From Takakia lepidozioides (taxonomy: Eukaryota; Plantae; Bryophyta), in the NCBI GenBank assembly GCA_030704615.1, contig CM060733.1:35402001-35466000 (forward strand): 64,000 nucleotides of DNA, read 5' to 3'. The notes below the pieces were generated by a model. That model made no database searches. It worked only from the letters and a program-made list of their open reading frames with translations, and had not been told where the DNA came from. Positions 10,901 through 21,275 of this stretch are shown piece by piece; within the stretch, counting starts at the first letter, position 1; each line of letters starts with the position of its first letter. The translations under genes were made by a program, and so were the position numbers.

Positions 10901-12931
10901 CACCGTGTCTGCCATTTCCGATCCAATGTCAGGAGCTGGAAGAGAGTGGCTATTGCTAGGAAGGAACTTCAGTGCATTGAAACCTCACCTTCTCTTTCGC
11001 CTCCACACATGCCGTTGAGAGGTGATGCAGTTTCTCCAATTGCATGGTCGGCTGCATGGCCCGAGAATAGTGTTTTGCAATCTCGGGGATGAAGTCCTTT
11101 CCAAGTGCCGGATCTGCAATTGCCACCAGCTTCACAAGCTTTGACTTGTATTTGGTTCTGGACTTGACACCGGCTTCCTTCAAGTGCTCAGTCAATGACT
11201 GCAACGTTTTGACCTGCCCCTCACTTTCCATGAAGAAGCGTTTGGCATGGGCCAAATCCAGCTTGATGTTTGACTGCCAACAAAAACATGCAGAAGCGTT
11301 ACATTCGATTCATGTGGAAACATTACTGAAAATTGGGGAAGGATGAGCAGAGGGAAATTGGAGGACGACTTACTTCGTATATCACCTCCACCATTCCATC
11401 CATAGTGAGACGATACCATGTCCGGTCTGTTTTTGCAACGGCTTTCTGAATGAGCTCGGGCTCCAGCATTTCCGCAAACATCTGCGGATCAGTGAGACCA
11501 GTTTTCCTCACCCTGTACAGCATATGTGCCATGTGGGTATGCACGTACGCATTCTCAGTGACCCTGCAAGGCACACTCTCCAGTTCAGTACACGGAAGCA
11601 CGGAAACAAACCAGAATGGAAACCGAAATGCGGCACCGCATTTCGAACGTGCTAGGGAGGGTATGAGTATCTTACGAGTTGAGGTCCGCCATGGCATTCT
11701 TGAGCAGGGAGGAGTCTGCCGCCTTCACCTTCAGGATGACACACTCCACCATGTAATGCCAGCCAATGTGCTTGGCATGGTTCTGCTTGATGTACTCCCA
11801 CCAGGCGAGAAGTCGGTGATTCCCGTCCCACACAAAGAACATTTTACCCGACATATGGCCGAAGTCTGGATCACCCTTCAGCGTCGCCTCGAATTCGTCG
11901 TTGCGAGTGTGCCAGTGGGTATCCCACGTTGACAATTCATCGGCAGTGGGTCCACGAGTTTCGCCGTCCTCATTCTCAATGGAAACGTAAAACGCTGCCG
12001 ATCCCAGACGGTACCCTTCTCGAAATGCGAACTTGAGCTTATCCACATCTCCGGGAAGGGCCTGCCTGACGATGGGAAGGGAGACCATGCGACAGAGTGG
12101 GATTCGAAGAGTCCGCTGGAATACCCTGCTGCCCAGAACTCTGCCAATGCTACTGTGTGTCTCCTCCAACATTTTATCCGCTGCACTTTTGAAATCCTCC
12201 GGAGACATGTCTGTAGGTGCCGGTAGTGGCTGAGCAGCTGGAGCATCCTCAACTGGAGCTGCACTCTGGGGCCTGTCTGCGGGCAATTCTGCCATTGCAG
12301 AGGCCTCCTCCGGGCCTGCTTGCTCATCGGTGGTGAGGTCTTGCTGCGAACGTTGAGCGGCAGCACCCTCCTCCGGTACCAAATCGAGATCAACGGTCGA
12401 TCCCATTGCCTTCGCTGCAGCAGAGTCGGCCCCAACATCTGCAGGCGGGAAATCCTCCAGGAACTGAGCTTCAGCTCGTGGAAGCGGTTTTGCGGGAGAT
12501 TGTTCGCCCGTCGCCCTGATTGCCTTCTGCTTCCTCATCCTTGCAGGTGAAGGTGTCTGCTGCAATTGAATCTGTCTTTTACCCTGCTGCTTCATTCGCG
12601 TTGGGGGGGGTGAATCGGCCTGAGCCGGTTCAGAAGCCAGTAGAGGGACGGGCTGCTTCTTCTTCGACTTTGCTGGAGAAGGGCCCGACCCCTGCTGGCG
12701 ATTCTCCATGACCGAAGAACGCGAGTCGATCTCTGGGGCTTTGAACTTGCCCTTCGAAGACGCGTCTTTGAATCGCACAGGGCTAGGCCCGGCAGGAATA
12801 CCCGCGCTCGGGGATCGGGTGGGTGTACGTGCTGCAGCTAGCTCCTCGGACTCTTCCTGCGGCTCTTCGGATTCCTGCGATCCCTCCAGCACGTCCACCT
12901 TTCCTGTTAGGCATGCAAACATGTTCTGCAT
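7989..12931 (-). CDS. ParB/Srx-like domain + beta-class N4C/N6A DNA methyltransferase-like fusion protein (~1372 aa, 9 exons)
   Basis: Manually spliced GT-AG exons 12931-11676, 11563-11374, 11273-10989, 10908-10789, 10705-10488, 10341-9222, 9125-8861, 8758-8563 and 8457-7989 sum to 4119 nt with consistent phases. The ParB-like region is IPLCRMV...VDKLKFAF...FFVWDGNHRLLAW. MTase motif IV-like CDMIILDIPDG precedes motif X/I RSPAFIQTIMETCTDVEGTVLDLICGTGASMWAGRFSDRHLFAYEED (beta order). The true start may lie further upstream (~13110). Confidence 0.8.
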
Positions 12932-13548
12932 TCAAGTCTCCTAGCATTCAGTCTAAGAATTACAGAAGCAAAATGGGGGGTTCGGTGCTCGATCAGCTGC
13001 GCGCAGCCCGATCGCATGGAGCTCTCACTGGTGGCTGGGTTGCCTGAGTGGCCTGCTGCTCGGAGATGGCAATCTCCTCCTGTAGACGCATCTGCTTCCT
13101 CCCCTTCGGCATTGGCCTACGTCCGAAGTATAATTTCCGGAGCTTGCGACGAGGTCTCCTGTCTGGTGCACGAACTCCCCCCTCTCAGGTTCGAGCATAA
13201 GAAGAACAGAGAGAGGGAAAAGGGGCAAAGAGTGCAGATGGAAAGGGCGCGAGAGGGGTGACTGAGGAGACACGACAAAAGTAGATGAAACGGCGGTGAT
13301 GCACCACTTGGGTTCGAAAGGGTTGGACGAAAGTGTCTCCTCGTGGAGTTTGCGTCATTACGAAATTCGAATCGTTCAGGGTACGCCTGCCGTCCGAAAA
13401 ACAAACATCATTATCCAACGGTCAGGCCGCGCCGCCTCATGCCCCTTCAGTCAGATAGAGTGCCGACATGTGCAGCAATTCCGTTGCTCCACGTGTTCAC
13501 ATTTCAAGGCATTTCCGTCCCAGCGTCTGATGAGTTGGAGCGAAAATG

Positions 13549-15230
13549 CGAATGCGGCGCCGCATTTCCGTTAAGTACCATCACGAAGCTACACATCCGT
13601 ACTTGTTGGAAGAAAATGCGGCACCGCATTTCCGTTCCACCTTCACATACCTTAGTTGTTGAACGGAAATACGGTGCCGCATTTCCGTCCCACAGCTCCA
13701 TGTATGAGATTCAAAAGGGAAATGCGGCGCCGCATTTCCGTTCTGGAATGTCGAAAGGTGCGATTCGGACGGGAATGAGGCACAACATTTCAGTTCCCGT
13801 GGTTCATGATTTTCAATGTGAACGGAAATGCGGTACCGCATTTCCGTTCCCCTTCACATACGTTAGTTGATGAATGGAAATGCCGTGCCACATTTCCGTT
13901 CGGGAAAGTATAGAGGTCTCACCTGGACAGAAATGCGGTGCCGCATTTCCGGTCTGGAAAGTTTGAAGGTCTCACATGGATGGAAATGCGGCAACACATT
14001 TCCGTAGCACAGCTCCAGGCCCCATATACAAAACGGAAATGCGGCGCCGCATTTCCGTTCTAGAATGTCGGAAGGTGCGACTCGGACGGAAATGCGGTGC
14101 CGCATTTCTGTTCCCGTTGCGCACGATTTTCAGTCAGAACGGAAATGCGGTACCGCATTTCCGTTCTGTAGAGTATTAACGTCTGACGCTGGCGGAAATG
14201 CTGTGCCGCATTTTCGTTCCACAGCTCCATGCCTCACATACAAAACGGAAATGCGGCGCCGCATTTCCGTTTTGGAATGTCGGAAGGTGCGACTCCGACG
14301 GAAATGCGGTACCGCATTTCAGTTCCGATGTTTCAGGATATTTCATCAGAACGGAAATGCGGTGCCGCATTTCCGTTCTGGAATGTTGGGAGGTGCGACT
14401 CGGATGGAAATGCGCTGCCGCATTTCAGTTCCGATGGTTCACGATTTTCAGTCAGAACGGAAATGCGGTACCGCATTTCCGTTCTGGAATGTTGGAGGTG
14501 CGACTCGGATGGAAATACGCTGCCGCATTTCAGTTCAGATGGTTCACGATTTTCAGTCAGAACGGAAATGCGGTACCGCATTTCCGTTCTGGATAGTATG
14601 AATGTCTCAAGCGGTCGGAATTGCGCTGTATGAAGCTGTCGGAATCGCACTCGGCTCCATGCATCAGATACAAAATGGAAATGCGGCGCCGCATTTCCGT
14701 TCTGGAATGTCGGAAAGTGCGACTCGGACAGAAATGCGGTGCCGCATTTCTGTTCCCGTTGTTCATAATTCTCAATCAGAACGGAAATGCGGTACCGCAT
14801 TTCCGTTCCACCTTCACATACCGTGCTTGGTGGATGGAAATGCGGTACCGCATTTCCGTTATGGAGAGTATGAATGTCTTTTAAGGACGGAAATGTGCTG
14901 CAGCATTTCTATCCCTCAGCTCCATGCATCAGATACAAAATGGAAATGCGGCGCCGCATTTCCGTTCTGGAATGTCGGAAAAGTGCGACTCGGACGGAAA
15001 TGCGGTGCCGCATTTCTGTTCCCGTTGTTCATAATTCTCAATCAGAACGGAAATGCGGTACCGCATTTCCGTTCCACCTTCACATACCGTGCTTGCTGGA
15101 TGGAAATGCGTTACCGCATTTCCGTTCTGGAGAGTATAAAGGTTTCCCCCGGACGGAAACTCGGTGCCGCATTTCCGTCGCTCTGGTGCATGACCAAGAT
15201 GCAATACGGAAATGCGGCGCCGTATTTCCG
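13549..15230. repeat. Array of ~32 copies of a 22-bp palindrome at 53-bp period, with a ~265-bp (5-unit) higher-order repeat
   Basis: GGAAATGCGG(C/T)(G/A)CCGCATTTCC starts at 13665, 13718, 13771, 13824, 13876, 13929, 13982, 14035, 14088, 14141, 14194, 14247, 14300, 14353, 14406, 14459 ... 15049, 15102, 15155 and 15208. The ~31-bp linkers fall into about five recurring classes. Confidence 0.95.
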
Positions 15231-15655
15231 TCCACCAGCAATCGAAAGAATCACTCGGGACGGGAAATCTGGAACCTGAATGGGTTGCATTGTTCCGAAA
15301 CAACATTGCGGCCAGTCTTGATGAGCACAACTTGGTTGTCTGACCGTTTTAACCAACAGTCCTGGCACTTGTCAGTGCGAACGTTCCTGTCTGCACCGAG
15401 AATACTGCTGGATCCACCCTCAGGAGAAACTGTCAGGAGATGTTATTTCGTCGCCGAATCGGCCATCATTGTCATACTTACTGGCTATGGAATCAAACCT
15501 CCCACCTTCATGCATGTAGCTTGAAACAATACTTTCCACTTCAATGTGCGACTTCCAATCGTCGATGGACTCCGCAGATCCACTTAGATGGTGCCTGTGA
15601 GCCTTGGTCTGTCGCTATACTGAACCTCGCACTTGCCAACTCCGTGCGGTGTTCG

Positions 15656-18600
15656 ATGGCTCCGAATTCCTACGCTATAGTTTGCTGTCCTCCGCAACTT
15701 GGGAGAGCCTGGATCCCAAACGAGGGAGGACTTTGCAGAGTGACTGAAACTTACCTTTGTTCCAAATTCAAGCTCAAACCGGGCACAGTTTATTTGGAAG
15801 AAGAAAGGAAGGATGTTCCTGGACAGGTTGACGAGACCATTGTCGTGCTAGGTAACGACGGAGGTTGCGGAATCGAATGGCACGTTCCCCCGTCAGACAC
15901 CATCCTGTACCGAGCTGTGGGAATGCCCATTCCCTTTCCGAATCAGTCGCTGCCCACACCATCCACAAAGGAGTCCGGAAACCGAGAGGCGGCCACTGCC
16001 AACAGAGAGGTATGCAACGATAATCATTCCCGACCTGGACCGTCAAGACCCTCCATAGCTTCTCGTGTGGACGTATTCGACATTTCCGACGAGGAAGATG
16101 ATTGCATTGAGGTACCCATGTCCTCCACACGGTCGTTCAAATCCGGCATGGACGTCTCTGTAGGTGCTACGCATGTGCCCTCGAGCATAACTCCAACCCG
16201 GTCCATTGTGCAGCTCCTACGACAACATCACCTCGATGGTTCTCGCTCCGAGCTGGCTGCTCTCGACTATGCCAAATTCCCAGTCAGAAAGGTAACTTTT
16301 CTGCCTCCCGAAGTCGATGGCAATGTCATCTTCGAGTTTCCACCTGTTTCTTCGTCAAACAAAGCCTCCGGGATGTTAACAGACATGGATCGAAAGCATG
16401 ACGGACACCCCTGGTGTGTGACGAAGACCAGTAGCACGAAAATTGCTGATGGTGTTCGTGTACGATATGTCCTCTGTGCGGGGAAGCTGAGGTGCCTCAA
16501 TCCCACCTGCTTCCACTTTCTCTCCAAAGGAGGGCGGAGAAACGAGACGGATTGGACTGGCACAACGCATCATCCATTCATTGTCTCCAGCCAAGCTCCT
16601 GCGGGTTCTTTCAAGTGTGCACATTGCAAAGAACCACCGACGTGCATGTCCATGTGCAGAGCCAAGCAATATTACGTAATCCATTTGCTCCCGGACTTGA
16701 CTAGAGCTTGCATACACGTTGGGGTCCACTGCCACCCCTTGGCGAGAGGCAACATGCGTGAGGCTGTGCAGGAAGCACACGACATCATAAAAGAGGAGGT
16801 GAAATTGAGCCCCGGAGCCAGACCAAAGCAGATTCAGCTGAAGGCAGCCCACAAGATTGCTCTTGGCAAAATCATGTCTGAAGATGGTTCCGACCGAGAG
16901 CCCTTGACCGAAGACGAGATGCGTGACCTCTTGGAGTCCGTCTCGCACGTTTGTAGTCCGAATGTGCGGAATCACATCGTATCTTGCAAGCAGGAGTTCG
17001 GCAGGGGGTCGGACATGTACTCAATCCTGGAGGTGAAACGAATGACTGGATATGACTACATCCAAGGTAGCAGGTTTCCAGGGCAAGGCAGCGAATCCGA
17101 TCGTTGTTACATTTTCAAAATGTCGACGTGTGGGCCTGGGAGTGGAGTCGACTTGGTCACTCGCATGACAACTGGAAACTTGTCGAATGCTTGGGTGATG
17201 TTTGATCACATCAAGCGAATTACAAACCATCAGTGGGTGACTATGGGTGCGCATGTTTATGACTATCACTCCAAGAGGCTCATGACGATTGCAATCTGCG
17301 AGATGAAAGGGGAGGACACACAGTCCGAGATGCATCTGTGGGAGGGCATAAACGAGCAGATGGCAAGGGCGGGATTGCCAGAGCCCAATTTCAGGGGATT
17401 CATGGCAGACAACGCTCAGGCCAACTGGGCAGCGGTGCGGCGTGTGTACGGTGAGGACCCCAATGTTCCAATGGAGGGGAAAGAGAGATCCTGTGGATTC
17501 CATTGGATGCAGAGTCTATCCCACTACACTACCAAATTTGTTGCTAGCTCATTCCAGGCTGAACACCGTGTCCTTTGTACGGCGTGGAAGGATGCACCCA
17601 CATTTGATGACGCGGAGGTTAAGTTTGCTATCATCGAGGCTTGGTGGAACACGTCAGGTGCAGTGGAGACAACCAATCTGGGAGCATTGCACAGCTGGTT
17701 GGGGTGGTGGCATTTTCGGTATCGACAGTTCGGACAGTACATGCGGGAGGTAGGCTGCTGTCAATTTCGTTCATTTGTCTTTCTGTTACGGACATTTCGA
17801 TTGGTCCCTCACCATTGTTTGTGTCCTTCTAGGAGCGGTGCTTGGATTCCGACACGGACATGCCGAACACGAATATGGCAGAATCGGTCCACTCCTCCTG
17901 GCGAGCGTCTTCTGCCGCACATCTGGTGGACGTAGTGACGGCCACAACGGAGGACATCGACAGAGCAATCATGCAGCAAGCCACGTACTACAAGTTCCTG
18001 AGCGGCAAACAATGGGGCTTTGGGCCGGACAGGGAGGAATTGTTGGTACGAACAGCTTCGAGGTCCAAGAATCCAGTGAAATGGGCGACAGCATTGCGAG
18101 AGAAGATCAAAGGGACGCCTCTGCACCGCAGAGGTGAACACCTAGAGGGGGACGTCCGGACTCGCCCTGTCAGGCGGAGGATTGAAGAGGAACCCGGGTG
18201 CGAAGAGGATTCCTGGAGATCCGACAGGAACATTCGGACAGCACCTCGAGGTCCCGTCATGTTGCCGCACAATGTGTCTTCCAGCAGTGGAAGCCCAAGA
18301 AATTCCAGATCGCCGTCGCCTTCAACCGGGGATTTCGTGCAAAAAATTCCCACCGCTCCCTTGCCCCAGATTCCGCCCGCTGTTATGCAGTATGGCCAAG
18401 CCATTGTGGAGACGACTGTGTCTGCATCACAGTGGAGAATTGCTCGCACAAAGCCGTCGTTTCGAGGAAGGTGTTCCGCAATTCGTGTGGATACACGGCA
18501 ACGTTGTTTAGAGATGATAAGGAGGAATCCAGATGGGGCTGTCCCTGCTCCTACTTTTACAGGAAGATTTGTCCATGCAAAGTTTGCGGAGGCGACAACC

Positions 18601-19265
18601 ACCCAGTTCTGGTTCTGCAGGCACGACATTATGACTTGCGTGTATGGAAAGCCCAAGTACGGCATACAAACAATGCCAGAGGCTCCCCCGGTGTGGCCGG
18701 TGGAACCAGGCTGCGATCTGAGTCAGGTTGAGGCCGACGCCCTTACCGCCGCAGGATTTCGGATGGTGCAGCGCACTGACGTCCCCAGAGAACCATTTCC
18801 GCTTCCACAGCCTCCACCACCGACCCCTGTGAGAGCAAGAACAATGGGACACGACAGCTCTAAGCATCCTACACACCGTTGGGGGAAACCGAAGAGAGGC
18901 GGCGACCTCCCTCAAAAGTGAACGAGACAAGGATGGGGAATGCACTTCGGATGAACTGTACAATCCAGAGCTCGACAGAAGTGCCCCCACCAGGATTCGG
19001 GCGTGTGTATCAGATGGCCACGGCGGGCTCAGCTGTTCGCAATGAGGTGTACACCATCACCATTTCAGAATTACCCACCTGCAATTGCACCGACTTCCAG
19101 ATCATGGCGAACAAGGGGGCATCATACTGCCCTTGCAAGCATTTGTACTACGTGTACCTAAAGAGACTCCGTTGTAATTCCACAACTCATCACTTCATAC
19201 ATGCACCAGGGTTGAGCCCCCAGGAGGTTCACACTCTTCTGAATATGGATCCAGGGGACCAGTGA
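15656..19265 (+). CDS. MULE-family DDE transposase with N-terminal GCM/WRKY-like zinc finger and C-terminal SWIM finger; one probable frameshift at ~18895
   Basis: The zinc finger is DGHPW...CAGKLRCLNPTC...CAHC...C...IHVGVHCHP. The catalytic motifs are VMFDHIKR, FMADNAQAN, ERSCGFHW and, after the GT-AG intron 17750-17832, TNMAESVH. The SWIM motif CNCTDF...CKH lies in a shifted frame (gaagagaggcgg, probably an extra AG). Confidence 0.85.
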
Positions 19266-20024
19266 GCTTGGCTTGCGGTCCCATACAATGGTACGCCCTC
19301 CTTTTCGGATAGTAGAACTGTACTGCTGCCAGTACCTCAGACTCTGGCCACAGAAAGGTCCGACATATGTCTTGCCTACCAGTAACCTGTTTTGCTCGAA
19401 CTAAGATATTACTATATCGTTCACTTGTTTCCACGTGCTTGTATTTTTGTATGTTGGAGGGTTCATTTTTTTCTGCTTTCCGAAAACTTGCTTTCCTCAT
19501 TCGACCTCCGACAAGGAATGCGGCGCCGCATTTCCAAGTATTGTCGTAGGTACCCCAGAGGCGGCCTTCGCCAACACCAAACCGCTCCGAAATTTGCACG
19601 TGCGAACCCTAATGCGGCACCCTATTTCCCAGTTCAGTTGCAAACCTTCAGCCGTACCCGAAAAGACATGCTCCACACATGCCCTACGGGGAAACCAGCC
19701 CCTTCCCTCTTTCTTGCACTCCACACATGAAAGTACACGCCTTCACCAGGCTGATGCATGCTCCACCATTCTTGCCCTCACATAAGGGAATTCAGCCTTC
19801 CCCTTCCTTGCTTGCCCTCAAACTTGAAGATGGCAGCTTCAATGGCGATACAATGCTCCATCACATGCAACAGCTTCACACAAGAGGAATCAGCCCCCTA
19901 TCTGGCTCCTTGGCTCCTTGATGCTCCTAAGACAAGACTAAGCACTCCACAGCCTTTGCCAAGCTCCTGAAACCTAGGCATCCAACACTCTCATCTTCTC
20001 GTCTCCTCACTTGCATTACCAGGA

Positions 20025-20753
20025 TGTCGCGGCCCTTTGCCTTGAGGGCAGGGTCGGGACACATGGGGGCCCCTGTGGTGGGGGCAGCGGCGGCGATAGG
20101 TATGGGGGTGAAGCACCCTTGAGTGCCCAAGGCACTCAAGGAGGCGGAGGCGCTCACTAGGTGGAGCCCCGCACACCGGGTTGCGGTGGAGGGTGGCTCC
20201 ACAAGGGGTGGTGGTAGCTTAGTGGGACTTAGTGGGGGTGGCATAGGACTCACCATTGGGTGGAGACCTCGGGTGGGAGTCGTGGGGAGTCTTGGGACTC
20301 ATCACGGTCCTTGGGGCCGCGGTGAGTGGGCCAAGACTCACCGCGACTCACCACCGGGAGTCGAGGGTTTTCGTGGTGGTTCGCCATAAAATGGCATGGC
20401 TGGTTTATGAACCCCCGCGGACAGCTACAGAAGTATATATAGGGAGTAGTAACCCCGAGAACGGTGCAAGCCCGTTGGTGACCAAAAACTAGTGGTAAGT
20501 GAGCGAGCCGGAAAGCGACCAAAGAGTGGGGAGCTGTTCCGGACTGCCATCTACCAAGGGAATTCTCCTAGTCCAAATAGTGGAGGGTTTAGAGGGAAGC
20601 GGAAAGGGGACAGTTATGTCCCGTCGGTGGGCAGCGAAACTCCAAGTTGGTCCCGGCGGCCAGGTTGGGAGTCAGGCGCGCGCATCAAAGCGAGTAACTA
20701 TGACTTGAAGGGGAGTTTACCGAATCGAGGTGTGCGACACTTGGTATCAGAGC
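20025..20753 (+). mobile_element. 5' LTR (20025-20739) with tRNA-Met primer-binding site, internal domain missing, inside the MULE
   Basis: The termini are TGTCGC...GCGACA, followed 2 nt later by the canonical PBS TGGTATCAGAGC (20742-20753). Confidence 0.8.
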
Positions 20754-21164
20754 TTAGAGTTCAGTACGCGATCGTCCTTGGGATTGGCCTCATCATGGGG
20801 TCGGGCAAGCCGAATACCCGAAGAAGACAGAATTGTGAAGTACTGCAGACTGTATTGGTGCAGACTCCATTGGTTCAATCGCGGCAAAAGGGTCAGCTTC
20901 ATTCCAATGTTAAGGCATGTAAAACCGCGGAATACTCTATACAGGCCAGTATGCGACGTCCTTTTGCAGTGGTATACTGGATTTCCCGTTGCACGGTCAC
21001 TTATTTCCATGAGCGGATCTAAAAAACCATGTGCGGACTTGTTACTGACGACATATCTTCGCCGCATTACATGATCTGGAACGTCCAAAAACGGCAAGGT
21101 CAAATTAAAAAACTATTATTTTAATACTTGTTTAATCTGCCGCATTTCCAAATTTGGAGGAGTC

Positions 21165-21275
21165 CGCTCATGAAATCCGCGTATCTTAGACTTTGGCTCA
21201 CCGCTCACGTGGCTCATGCGGCTCATGGCTCATGGCTCATGGCTCATGGTTTCTGCTCATGAAATAGTAAACCTC
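21165..21275 (-). repeat. Right TIR of family A with tandem GCTCATG heptamers
   Basis: ggctcatgcggctcatggctcatggctcatggctcatggtttctgctcatgaaatagtaaacctc. Confidence 0.9.

Larger units (their letters stand above)
4774..21275 (+). mobile_element. Complete giant Mutator-like (MULE) DNA transposon, 16,502 bp (family A)
   Basis: The TIRs are GGGGGCTGCTATTTCATGAGC (4774) and GAGGTTTACTATTTCATGAGC (revcomp from 21275), 17/21 identical and followed by CATGAGC repeats. A perfect 9-bp TSD TTGTTGCCC lies at 4765-4773 and 21276-21284. The element contains a MULE transposase. Confidence 0.93.

Noticed and set aside
7989-12931. Bacterial or phage contamination as the source of the ParB-MTase
   Set aside because: The gene has eight phase-consistent spliceosomal introns, several conserved in position among homologues, and lies within a TSD-bounded plant transposon.
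13549-15230. CRISPR array
   Set aside because: The linkers recur in a higher-order pattern rather than being unique spacers. There are no cas genes, the context is eukaryotic and intron-containing, and the same motif is scattered singly in introns.
13343-15524. Many overlapping ORFs with MRCRIS / KCGAAFP / GNAAPHF motifs (also 7118-8027)
   Set aside because: They are translation artefacts of the palindromic repeat, present in all six frames.
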